Source: Haliotis rufescens (taxonomy: Eukaryota). Taken from it: a stretch of DNA of 64,000 nt. Made by a program: the position numbers and the translations under genes. The stretch is from contig NW_025964001.1 in NCBI RefSeq assembly GCF_023055435.1, positions 26,908,001 to 26,972,000 of the forward strand, in the 5' to 3' direction. The notes under the pieces were generated by a model. It searched no databases and was not told the DNA's origin. It worked only from the letters and a program-made list of their open reading frames with translations. Shown here in pieces: positions 36,258 through 48,327 of this stretch (position 1 is the first letter of the stretch; the number at the start of each line of letters is the position of its first letter).

Positions 36258-37904
36258 ATCAGTTTTGATAACTTGGCTCTCAGTGGACCAGATAACCCTA
36301 CTTCCAAAGTCTCCAAACTCGTGTATGCATATTGCATGCATGTGATCAAGTTATGAAAGGATTGAGTCTCAACTAACTGGTGTTAAACAAACCATTATGA
36401 TGATGTCACGCCATTTTCAGAGCTCCAAATAACTTTTTGAGCAATTGAGTTTTTACTCAAAGGTTTCTATTTAATTTGGGTTATTACATTTTTCATTGGG
36501 TAACCAATATTTTTTCACTCATCTATACATCACTCTTTTGAGTTTTTCCCAAAATGAGTAAGCATTTTGAGATTAAAAAAAATGAAATAATGTTTTAGAT
36601 GTATATAACGGTTCTAAATATAGGCTTGACTCGGAAAGTAAATTAGCTTGTAATTGTGTTTCGGAAATTAGCTCTGTTGTACGCATGCTGAAAAATCTTC
36701 ATTTGCTATATACGCGTGCTCTTTTCAAACAATTGCATTTTCCATTTAATGCATGCGTTTCTGTACGCAAGTTAATTGAAAGTAATTGTGTTTTAAATAG
36801 TTTTGGGGGGTATATTACGCAAATACGCAGCGTATCTGTATGTCTGCATTGTTGTTGCAGTTGATTCTGAGCCAGGAATCCACATGCATTGTAACAACTA
36901 AAACTGACACAGCCATAGGACAGTATGCAGAATTATAGAGAAATTGTATACAAACCATAACATGGTTTAAGTTGGATTAATCACCCTGGCGAGTCCGAAC
37001 AACATGGGACCATATTAAGGTGATTTCTACATTACAGATTCTGAGGCTCTTGCCCCTATCCATCAGTTGGCCTATATCAGACATTGCTGAGACAATGTTT
37101 AATTAATGACTGCATTTGCCAAATTAACTTCAAGCTTGAATTGAAATGGAATGTTTGTTTCTACAGTGTTGACTCTTGAAGTCGGTCCAAGGATTGTTGG
37201 GAGGGTTTAACTACCATCATCCACAAAACTGGACTATGGCCAAAATAAATTAATTATTACGTTTTCATTCAAAAAAATTTCTTAATGTGAGGTTGTACGG
37301 ATTTAATTCTACATATTTAATTGTTTTAATAAACACAGCTCAAGGCATCCATAGACATTAATTGTTGACTTATGTGATTTAGATGAAACTTAAATATTTG
37401 GTAGAGCTCCAGCATGTACATATGTGGTGAAAATATGTATAAATGTATACAGTACATTAAAGTATTCTCTCAAGTTGTGAAAGAAGAGAACCTATGTATT
37501 CATGTTATACACATGTTGGGAATCAAACCTATGTCTTCATTAAGAAGAACTTATCCACTAGGCCACCTCATCATCCCTCAGGACCACATAAAATGACTTT
37601 TTCGGGCGCTGACATTTTATATTTTCACACTGAACTCCTATGGTGGATCGAACATGTGCCTCAGGTGTGCAGAGCAAATGCTTTAACAAGTTAGCCAACC
37701 CCTGCCTCTGAAGATCACATGAAATACCAAGGGCCCAGTTCAACACATTGATTGTAGCGGTCATGATCTTAAGTCCCATACTTTAACACAGACTTAAGAC
37801 CGCAGTAGTGCTAAGATTGCTTTAGGAATGGCGACCTGGATTCTTTTTTTGTGTAAATTTTTCATTTTTCAGGGTACACTGAAACAATATAGTTGTCTTG
37901 TGTG

Positions 37905-38055
37905 GTGTGATGCCGTAGTGGTTAAAGCATTTGCTCTCATGCTGAAGGTTCGATTCCCCACATGGGTACAATGTGTGACACCCATTTCTGGTGTGCCCTG
38001 TCGTGATGTAACTGCTGGAATATTGCCCAAAACTGCGTAAAACCCATCTAACTCA
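37905..38055 (+). mobile_element. SINE family A, diverged
   Basis: TAGTGGTTAAAGC..GGTTCGATTCCCCACATGGGTACAATGTG. Confidence 0.8.
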
Positions 38056-38766
38056 TGCCCATGTTCATACATGCTGAACTATAGTAAAGCTGCTCAAACA
38101 AGATGCAGACACAGGCATGAACAGTTTGATCATCTTCATCTTCCGTCCAACATGCCTGACAAACAGAGATTATCTATCACTGACCACAAGTCAACCACAG
38201 ATCATGGAAGACAAACACAGTCGCCACCAGATCATCTCTGAACATCTCTGGACTGTCCGACATGTCATATGTTGCCTGGCAACACCAGATTCTACCTTTC
38301 ATGTCAGATTTACTACCTTGAAACCACTTCAGTGTAAATGAACCAAAAAATGTTATGGCACTTAACAGATATTTTTTGCAGTTTAATCTTTGAGCACACT
38401 GCTGAAATGTTTGACAACACTGTTTATGGGCGCTGAGCACGATGGTTGTAATCTGTTTGAGTCTGAGATATTGTCCTGGATGGTTTGCAAGATGGCCGAG
38501 AAGATGCCTTCAGCTCTGTTAATACCACAATAAATACTGAATTTACTTTTATGTTTCAGCAACAAATCTGCAAGCTTAAAATTGATAACAACCAATTTTC
38601 TTTGAATATCTAAAATTAGGATAATTATTAATACACCTATTTTATATTTCACTTAAATTCAATAATTATTTTATAACTCTGCAAAATCATATGTCCAATG
38701 AAACATCTGTTATGAGTTATAGTTTTGCATTGGGGACAAAGTGAGTCGGTGAATTTGGATCCAAGC

Positions 38767-39487
38767 AGTTTGTTACAACATTGCAATAAGTAAGCTGTGG
38801 AACACAGCAGTTGGTTACAATAAGTAAGCTGTGGAACACAGCGGTTGGTTACAACATTGCAATAAGTAAGCTGTGGAACACAGCGGTTGGTTACATCATT
38901 GCAATAAGTAAGATGTGGAACACAGCTGTTGGTTACATCATTGCAATAAGTAAGATGTGGAACACAGCGGTTGGTTACAACATTGCAATAAGTAAGCTGT
39001 GGAACACAGCGGTTGGTTACAACATTGCAAAAAGTAAGCTGTGGAACACAGCAGTTGGTTACAACATTGCAAAAAGTAAGCTGTGGAACACAGCGGTTGG
39101 TTTCAACATTGCAATAAATAAGCTGTGGAACACAGCGGTTGGTTACAACATTGCAATAAGTAAGCTGTGGAACACAGCGGTTGGTTACAACATTGCAATA
39201 AGTAAGCTGTGGAACACAGCGGTTGGTTACAACATTGCAATAAGTAAGCTGTGCAACACAGGGGTTGGTTACAACATTGCAATAAGTAACCTGTGGAACA
39301 CAGCGGTTGGTTACAACATTGCAATAAGTAAGCTGTGGAACACAGCGGTTGGTTACAACATTGCAATAAGTAAGATGTGGAACACAGCGGTTGGTTACAA
39401 CATTGCAATAAGTAAGCTGTGGAACACAGCGGTTGGTTACAACATTGCAATTAGTAACCTGTTGAACACAGCGGTTGGTTACAACAA
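38767..39487. repeat. 42-bp minisatellite, ~17 copies
   Basis: Unit GTTGGTTACAACATTGCAATAAGTAAGCTGTGGAACACAGCG. Confidence 0.97.
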
Positions 39488-41452
39488 TGTTATTGACTTG
39501 ATTCTGTCTGGTAACACTGATTATCTCTTTCCACAATTGAAAACCACCGCATCTCTTTAATTGTAGACTTGCACAAGTCTTAAAGGCAATAATTATTAGT
39601 TTAAATCATAATCCCTCGATTATATTCATAACAAGAACAAGTTGTCCCTATAAAAGTCTGGCATTCTGTTAATCAAGTTATCTAGACTTATAATACATCC
39701 ATGGATATATCGTTCAGTGCAGCCTTGAAGCTTGGTTTCTTTAACCAATAAACTGCATAAAGTTGTTTGCATTTAATTGACAAGTCTGTCACCTCACTTC
39801 TCATATTTCCATTTGGCTTGCATATATTTTCTTAAACTTCAAGGGTTGATGACGTGATAACTTGTAGCAATGTGTATCACCATAGCTGCTACTTTCTCAA
39901 ATTACAGCCAGTATTTTTTTATGTTCGTCTACATTACAATACACCCCTATGATTCTGTAACTCACTTGATAAATGTAGCACTTAGTTTGTATTTCAACAA
40001 CAGCAACTTCTGATAATGTGAGTGTAGCGTCTCGACTGGACAGATGCACCACTATAAATTGACTTGTAACTTTATACCAGTCGATAAATAAAACACACTT
40101 GTGTTAGTAGCAGACATTCTAAGGCTAAATAATGAACGTCTTTTAACCGGTGTCTATGAAAATTTAATCCTTGAGACATGAAGAAATCATATTTTCGTAG
40201 CATAGTTGCAAATTCATAATACGAAAATTCGGGAGAGTTGACAGCCATGTTTCACTCCACAGCTAAACATTATTACTTCAGACTTTACTTTTTCCTGAGA
40301 AATGGGCAAATGTATCATAGAAATATATACAAAATACATGTGTTCTTTAACTAAACAAGTCATGCTAGTAGGACAGCCGAGTCAAAGAGTCATCTGTACA
40401 GGTATAATGTGACTGTGACTTCAACCCGATCACACAGTGATTCAACATGTGGAAATCAACAACAGTGTTCTGCAGATTGCAAGTTGTCACACACAAGTAT
40501 GTGAGAGGTGGAACCCACATTCCACAAGGCCAAATCTGCCGGCATATCAGCTTGACACACAAAGCCAGGAACTCTCTGACAATGCCCACAGAACAATGGC
40601 TGACAGTTATGGTGGGGATTATATTTCAGTATAACCTTTTGCCTGACTGGCCTTATCTCCACCCTGCTCTCACTAACAAGAGGAAGTTCAATAAAGTCAA
40701 TTACAGCAAGCAAGTGCCTGACCATAAACTAGAAGTCGATCACTATCTTCCTGGTCATATATATGTTGATGATATGAGCGTATTGCCCAGTGTTAACTAT
40801 TGGCTGATATACACAATAATTCCCCAGTAGATCATATCACCATGTTTGCAGTTAGTAATGACCTCATTAATAGAGCATCTTGGCTCTGTTCCTATTATCG
40901 CCATGCAGGTCTTCACATAGAGTCCAAACAAATCAAAACCTGGTTATCACAAATGCACAGATATAGGACTATTCCTAGCTTTTAATTTACTACACCAGTG
41001 TATATTAACATAAAAACGTACCATTTATCTTGAATTTTATAATCAAATTATTTACCTTTACCTCAGATCTGAGAGTTGGTGCTGATGATGTGTTTACAAC
41101 ATAAATTTGGAAATGATATGATAAGGGCCCTTATTGGCCCACTAGGAAGCAGCAATAGGATTTCCGAACTGCACATGGGTCATTTCTGACAAACCAAGGG
41201 CAACATAAACTATAAAAGTGTCTTAGCACCATGTTAGAGTCACTCAGAACAGACATAGTTTGACAATGTCTGTGAGTGTGTGGGTATGATTTTACACAGT
41301 ATTTAGTTATATCCCAGATGTATGATGGTTGGTACACCAGAAATGGGTTTGAGACATTGCACCCATGTGAGAATTCAAACCAGGCTTTTCACATGACGAA
41401 CGAATATTTTCACGCTTTGCTACCATACTGCCCAACACTGCCTGTGGATCAG

Positions 41453-42812
41453 GGCCTAGCTTCTTTGGTGTTTTCCCATCTCTGATGGTTGCCTACACTC
41501 TCCCTTACATTGCCAGGGGAACAGGACCTCGCTCCTTTGGTGTTTTCCCATCTCTGATGGTTGCCTTCTCTCCCTTACATTGCCAGAGTACCAGGAGCTA
41601 GCTCCCTTTGTGTTTTCCCATCTCTGATGGTTGCCTACACTCCCTTACATTGCCAGAGGAACAGGACCTCGCTCCTTTGGTGGTTTCCCATCTCTGATGG
41701 TTGCCTACACTCTCCCTTACATTGCCAGAGGAACAGGAGCTAGCTCCCTTTGTGTTTTCCCATCTCTGATGGTTGCCTACACTCTCCCTTACATTGCCAG
41801 AGGAACAGGAGCTAGCTCCTTTGGTGTTTTCCCATCTCTGATGGTTGCCTACACTCTCCCTTATATTGCCAGAGGAACAGGAGCTAGCTCCCTTTGTGTT
41901 TTCCCATCTCTGATGGTTGCCTACACTCTCCCTTACATTGCCAGAGGAACAGGACCTCGCTCCCTTTCTGTTTTCCCATCTCTGATGGTTGCCTTCTCTC
42001 CCTTACATTGCCAGAGGAACAGGAGCTAGCTCCTTTGGTGTTTTCCCATCTCTGATGGTTGCCTTCTCTCCCTTACATTGCCAGAGGAACAGGAGCTAGC
42101 TCCTTTGGTGGTTTCCCATCTCTGATGGTTGCCTACACTCCCTTACCTTGCCAGAGGAACAGGACCTCGCTCCCTTTGTGTTTTCCCATCTCTGATGGTT
42201 GCCTTCTCTCTTACATTGCCAGAGGAACAGGAGCTAGCTCCCTTTGTGTTTTCCCATCTCTGATGGTTGCCTACACTCCCTTACATTGCCAGAGGAACAG
42301 GACCTAGCTCCCTTTGTGTTTTCCCATCTCTGATGGTTGCCTACACTCTCCCTTACATTGCCAGAGGAACAGGACCTCGCTCCTTTGGTGTTTTCCCATC
42401 TCTGATGGTTGCCTACACTCCCTTACATTGCCAGAGGAACAGGACCTAGCTCCCTTTGTGTTTTCCCATCTCTGATGGTTGCCTTCTCTCCCTTACATTG
42501 CCAGAGGAACAGGACCTCGCTCCTTTGGTGTTTTCCCATCTCTGATGGTTGCCTTCTCTCCCTTACATTGCCAGAGGAACAGGAGCTAGCTCCTTTGGTG
42601 TTTTCCCATCTCTGATGGTTGCCTTCTCTCCCTTACATTGCCAAAGGAACAGGACCTAGCTCCCTTTCTGTTTTCCCATCTCTGATGGTTGCCTACACTC
42701 TCCCTTACATTGCCAGAGGAACAGGACCTCGCTCCCTTTCTGTTTTCCCATCTCTGATGGCTGCCTACTCTCCCTTACATTGCCAGAGGAACCATCTCTG
42801 ATGGTTGCCTAC
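41453..42812. repeat. 68-72-bp minisatellite, ~19 copies
   Basis: Unit TCTGATGGTTGCCTACACTCTCCCTTACATTGCCAGAGGAACAGGASCTMGCTCCYTTKGTGTTTTCCCATC. Confidence 0.97.
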
Positions 42813-44644
42813 AGTATAGTAACAACCATACTACCCCGGTCCACACAAAAGTCACACAACGTCTCTGTGATTGATGTATGTAGTCATCCACCTCAGGCAG
42901 TTTCTGCCAATATATCACAACACATCGCCTTAGATGTGATAATAATCATTAATATCCCACCTAAATCAATATCAAATACAACAATAAAAAAACATCAATT
43001 AAATATAATTAATATTTCACATAATGTAATAACAATTTACAACATAAAGAAGATGTCTGTCAATTATATTCCAGTTAATTCAATATCAAATACAATGCTA
43101 GGAAAGTCAATTATAATTTCATTAATATATCACTTAGTTCATTATCCCACAAAACACTTGTAGCTTTTCAGTATCAATTTAAATATAATTTATATCCCTC
43201 CACATACAATATTACATACAAGAAAGTGTCAATAAAACACTCGTGATCCTGGGTCCCTTTCGTAACAAGATTGTTATGCTATGGCTGCCGTAAGTCTATG
43301 TTAAAAAATGGGAGCTACAATAGTCGCGGAGACACAATCGATTTGCAAATCAGGGCCCTGCTTGAAGCAGTTATTAATTTTTCTTCAATTTTTTTACAAA
43401 AAATGTAACTTGATCAAGGCAGAGTCGAGCCATTTAGGTTGGGCTTGCTCTTGAAACACTCATGTAACAGTGATACAGAGGTGTAGTATTTTTCAATCTG
43501 TCACTCTAATTTGGGTTCCAACTCAGTCTTGTAATAACAGTATCTCCAAACAGGTGAATCTTTGTGCCATGAAGAAAACAGTGAAATTTCTGAACTGACA
43601 TCTCTCATGGTAAGGGTGCAAGATATTCAGGGACATAAAATATTCGGAAATAATACCTTTCCAAAAACTCTCAAAGCCCTATAATCTAATCTATGAAACT
43701 GCACAGAAATGCTGACACATAGAAAGTCATAATTATTTGTAAGTTTGACGTCATCAAAACTACATGAATGAAGCTGTTGAATTTTCTAACCAACATTACA
43801 ACACAGAGTCTATAATTGTCTTTGGTTATTTATCCTATGCTGAAGATTAATCTAAACTTTGATAGTTTTTACTCTGAAATCAATTTTCACCACAAGACGT
43901 CTTATCTCATTATTGTAGGCAGACAGTCTCGTCGAAAATATTCCAAGATTTGAAAAAACTAATAAAGAACAGAAACTCATTCGATACAGATTCAGCAACG
44001 TTTATGTTTCAGGGGTTTCAAATCCAAAGAGAGCTCTTGCACCAAGATATATGATTTATTTGGTGGACATGAACCTGTGCAATGCTGCCATGTCACGTCA
44101 ACCCTGTCACTCAAACACTGTGACTCACGTAACAAACATGGAGGACACAATCTGTCGTGTCAAAACATTTCACAACTATTGATGCTGTGCCCAAACTTAT
44201 TGCGTAGTACATATATGCTGTTTAGAAAATCAAAATTGTCAATAAAACTATGATCCTTTCACACTGAAGTCCTTTAGATTGCAATTGATACTTTCCATTG
44301 TAACATTTTTGATTAAAAGGCCTGAACAGCTGATGAACACACATACAGACAGTTGGCAGATTTAATTCCTTTCCATACCCAATTAGCCAAGAACAATGCT
44401 CCCCTTATCAAGCATTATTAGTCTATTCTCAACCTGATGACCATAAAATTGCCATAACAGATAAGGTCTGAACAAAGCCTTTCTCAAAAGTATTGCCATG
44501 CTACTGTAGCTCGCCTTGATATGTAGTCAACCACAAAAGTCACTTTACAAAACGTGCTGTTAGCGCTGGTATTCCAATGATTTTAGCATACACACTATGG
44601 GAAAACTAACATGCAAATGTAATTATTCCAGTTTCTTTTCTTTG

Positions 44645-44884
44645 CATGCAGCAATATTCCAGCTGTATGACATCGGTTTGTAAATAATCAAGTCTGAACC
44701 AGACAATCATGTGATTGACATCATAAGCATCGATCCACGCAATTGGAAAATGATGACATGCATCAACCAAGTCAGCGAGCCTGACCACCCAATCCCGTTA
44801 TTCGCCTCTTACGACACGCCTAGTTGCCTTGTATGGCCAGCATGGGTTACTGAAGACCTATTCTAGCCTAGATCTTCATAGGTC
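44645..44884 (-). mobile_element. SINE-like family B with complete head (duplicated-hairpin variant)
   Basis: GACCTATGAAGATCTAGGCTAGAATAGGTCTTCAGTAACCCATGC... Confidence 0.85.
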
Positions 44885-45014
44885 CTAATGAAAATGTCCA
44901 TCGTAAGAAACATACAAGCAAAAGTTCAGTTCCCTCAGTCTGGTAATTTCAGAGCCAATGAGAGGAGAAGATGCTTACAAAGCCAAATATGAATTCTGAG
45001 AGAAATAAGGACAT

Positions 45015-45246
45015 TTGTTTGTTTGTTGTTTAACGCCGCGCTCAGCAATATTCCAGCTATATGACGGTAATCTGTAAATAATCAAGTTTGGACCAGACAC
45101 TCAAGTGACTGACATGTGCATCGATCTATGCAATTGGGATACGATGACATGCATCAACCAAGTCAGCGAGCCTGACCACCCGATCTCGTTATTCGCCTCT
45201 TGCGACAAGCACAGTCGCCTTTTATGGCAAGCATGGGTTGCTGAAT
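45015..45246 (-). mobile_element. SINE-like family B
   Basis: Tail GCTGGAATATTGCTGAGCGCGGCGTTAAACAAC(AAAC)n and duplicated hairpin module. Confidence 0.85.
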
Positions 45247-46338
45247 GGTCAAAACAAGGTATAACTTCCATAAATTATACAAAACATAACATTTGTTTTG
45301 AATCCCACAAACAAAACAAATACCAAATTTGATTACATTGTGAACAAAACTGGCTTAGTCATGGCTATAAATAGCTTTATCATTACAGTTGCCTTTCAGT
45401 CAGGTGAGGTGGAAATAAAACCCATTCTGCTTGTGTGTATGGTTCATTCTCATGGGAACAATACCATCTCATTCTGTAAGAAGTCACAGAGGGCAGACAG
45501 GACAACAAGTTATGTGTCCCCATCCTCACTTCCAGTTGTAGGATCTCAAGTATACTACTCAAATCAAGTTACAGAACAACCAATTTTTTTGTATGACTAT
45601 AGCTATTGTGAGAAATGGGTGTATGGGTAACAACTAAGAGTAATCTCCATACTATCAGTGACTAGTTTCAAGCTAGGTTGAGTCATCAGTTCCCAAATCC
45701 CCAGCCTATGACAATACTTAATCTGTCGCGGCCATGATAGATTGAACATAGTCTTACAGCCAGAATAGGTTGCTGGGGACCAATTCTACCCTGGGAACCC
45801 TGTGGGTCAAACCCATATTCAATATCACAGACCTTGATCCATGCCATCTGTGTTGCAAGTTGCAGCATTGTCATGGTTCCTTAACATCTTTTGAGTAGTA
45901 TAGATAAGGACAGGACAGGGAACAACTAATACACCAGTGCTGTCAGGCCAGTTGCCAGGTTTTAGCATATGTTTGGACACAAAACGGTTTCAATAATACC
46001 AGTAACTGGTTCAAGCTATTTCAAACTGTGACATCCCTAATTTGTTTACAATAAATATATCATGAAGTGAAGTGAGGTTTCCCATCTGGCGCATGCACAG
46101 AACATGTTGGAGGAAAACTATTATCCACACCACTAACTAGGATCAGCTGACGATGAAGAGGACTTCTGTTGAAAATCTAAAACATTTTTATAGTGTGATG
46201 ACAGCTTAACCATTCAAGATTATGGCAAAGATGTAACAGAGGCATGGTATTTGCATGAATTATATATCTTGGATTTTTGGCAGAACAAATCAAGTGGTCT
46301 GTCCAAAACTTAAACTATACTAACTAAAATGAACTCAC

Positions 46339-46625
46339 CTTCATATGTGGCCTATTAAGTAAACTGACGAGCTCCTCCGATAACTGTTCTTTTGATTGCT
46401 GCACAGAATTGATCACATTGTTAGCACTATTTTGGCCATTGCTTGCCACTGGGCGTGGCTGTGGGGATTGAGAAGTCACTTCCACAATCTTGTTGTGTAT
46501 GTTAACAGCATGTTGAAACTTGCCGTTGAGAAACAAGTTCTTAAGAAAGGTAATATCTCCTTGGTCTTCATTAGAATTGAGCTGACTTCGGACATACTGC
46601 AGTGACTGGAACATATCCCCCATGT
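46339..46625 (-). CDS. MPP5: MPP5 exon (L27N and L27C)
   Basis: DMGDMFQSLQYVRSQL..DITFLKNLFLNGKFQHAVNIHNKI...EELVSLLNRPHMK|gtgagt. Confidence 0.92.
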
Positions 46626-46747
46626 CTGGAACACAACAAAAACATGTGAGTGAGTGAATAAGTGAGTAGTTAGTGAGTGAGTGAGGTTTTATGTAAGTCC
46701 AAATGTGGACTGTAAGGTAACTGCAACTGGACCAGGTAAACCAGTGT

Positions 46748-47095
46748 TCTTTGTTGTTTAATGCCTCACTCAGCAATGTTCCAGCTTCACGATGGCGGCC
46801 TGTATATAATCAAGCCTGGACGAGACAATCCAGTGATTGACATAATGAACAATGATCTACACCATTGGGATATGAAGACATGCAATCAACAAAGTAACCA
46901 AACCTGACAAGCCGATCCATTTGATCTCCTTCTACGACCACCCACATTAAATGAGTATTGTTTTAGCGATATTCCAGCAAAATCATGCTGAGGACACCAG
47001 AAATGGGCTTCACTAATTGTACAGACATTGTACCCATGTAGGGAATCGAGCCCGGGTCTTCGGCGTGACGAGTGAACGCTTTAACCACTAGGCTT
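46748..47095 (-). mobile_element. Adjacent family B (46748-46945) and family A (46952-47095) copies
   Basis: Both align with other copies in the window. Confidence 0.8.
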
Positions 47096-47301
47096 TTGCT
47101 GCTTTGTAACCTTGCTATCTTCAGGTTCTTTCAGTGGACAGGAACTAGTCAAACTAATTACATCCTTTGCTATTTTTCAATAGAGTGCTAAAAGATTCTA
47201 ATTCAAATCAAGTTCAAATTTGGTTATCCCTTGTTAAAGTAATTTCAACTAAAGAAACTAAACAAATTGTACAAAGATCTACGAAAGCCTCCATTACTTA
47301 C

Positions 47302-48327
47302 CAACTCGCTTTGCATGGAACCTGTCCCGCGACGTGAGAGGATCACTCGAGTCCAGCGTTCCATCTTGGACCTCCTCATCCTCCCCATCAATGAACGCTG
47401 TGTTGACCACACCACTTGCCGGCACAGTCTTCTTGTCCTCAAGCGCTTGCAGCTTCTTGGAGCCGCGTAACGATGTTCGGAGAAACTCTTCCTCCTGGAA
47501 GTGCCTTGTCTCTTCCTCCCGACGTTTCCGGAGTTCTTCCTGATGTTTCCGTAATCTCTCCAACTGTTCCATTGTTGGCTGCTGCTGTTGGTTGCCCATT
47601 GCAACTGCAGCATCATTCAGAACTGCTTCTGTGTGAATGTTCTCACTTGAGTTATCAAGAGCATGTTTCATGGGGGTGGTTGGTGGAACTCGGGGCAAGC
47701 TGTTCTGGTTGGGCGGCGGGTAGCGTGGAGCAGTTTTAATTGTCCCCACAAAACTGTCAGGGCAATCAATCGCCATTTCTCTATGAGGTCCTGAATCCTC
47801 AAATTCAAATGAGTTCTGCATACTAGGATCAAAATCCTCACTGTCATATGCATATATGTTGTCCTTTGATAGGTTGAGCGAGTTCTGACTGAGAGTGTTG
47901 CCATTACGAGAGAGTCTGTCCGACCCATTCATCTCCTCAATGAGAGGGGTTTCAGAGGTGCTGGCCACCTTCTGTTTGCGGGATTCCTTCTTAGACTTCT
48001 TGCCCTTCTTCGGGCTCTCTTTCTCCAGAACCCCGTTCATCTCAATCAGTTCAGAACTACCATTCACATCGCCATTCTTGGCATGCCCATTGGCCTTCTT
48101 CTTCTTCGGGGTCTTTTCGGTCGGCATTGACGAAACGTATACGGTATTATCCTCCACAGAAATATCAGACTGCACTGAGCCTGCCTCGCTGTTGTCGGTG
48201 CTGTTGAGGAGTTTAGTCATGTCCCGCGGGGTGACCCTCTGTAGAGCTGGTAGGCTCTCAAGGTGATGCTTTGTGCCATCTTCAACCGCTATGATGTAAG
48301 CATCATGAACCTTCTCTATGTCAGAAA
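47302..48327 (-). CDS. MPP5: MPP5 large N-terminal exon (ECR1 Par6-binding motif, ECR2)
   Basis: Contains PHREMAIDCPDSF (PALS1/Sdt ECR1) and ELRKRREEE (ECR2). The frame is open from the acceptor at 48327, and the first Met is at 48220. Confidence 0.92.

Noticed and set aside
35719-36349. Hydrophobic Cys/Val/Leu/Ser ORFs
   Set aside because: They are translations of a microsatellite and N-gap.
37728-37840. Short Harbinger-like palindromic MITEs (also ~32110-32240 and ~43245-43340)
   Set aside because: Too degenerate to fix boundaries or TSDs by eye.
38649-39560. Long ORFs (295 aa, 249 aa) suggesting a Cys-rich repeat protein
   Set aside because: They arise from a 42-bp intronic minisatellite that is open on both strands, with no supported exon context.
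41561-42801. Repetitive ORFs, or a CRISPR- or hammerhead-like array
   Set aside because: There are no unique spacers, unit length shifts the frame, and CTGATGG is not CUGANGA and has no following GAAA.
47267-48266. Plus-strand ORFs over the large MPP5 exon, and minus-strand ORFs over TRNT1 exons
   Set aside because: Antisense shadows of real coding exons.
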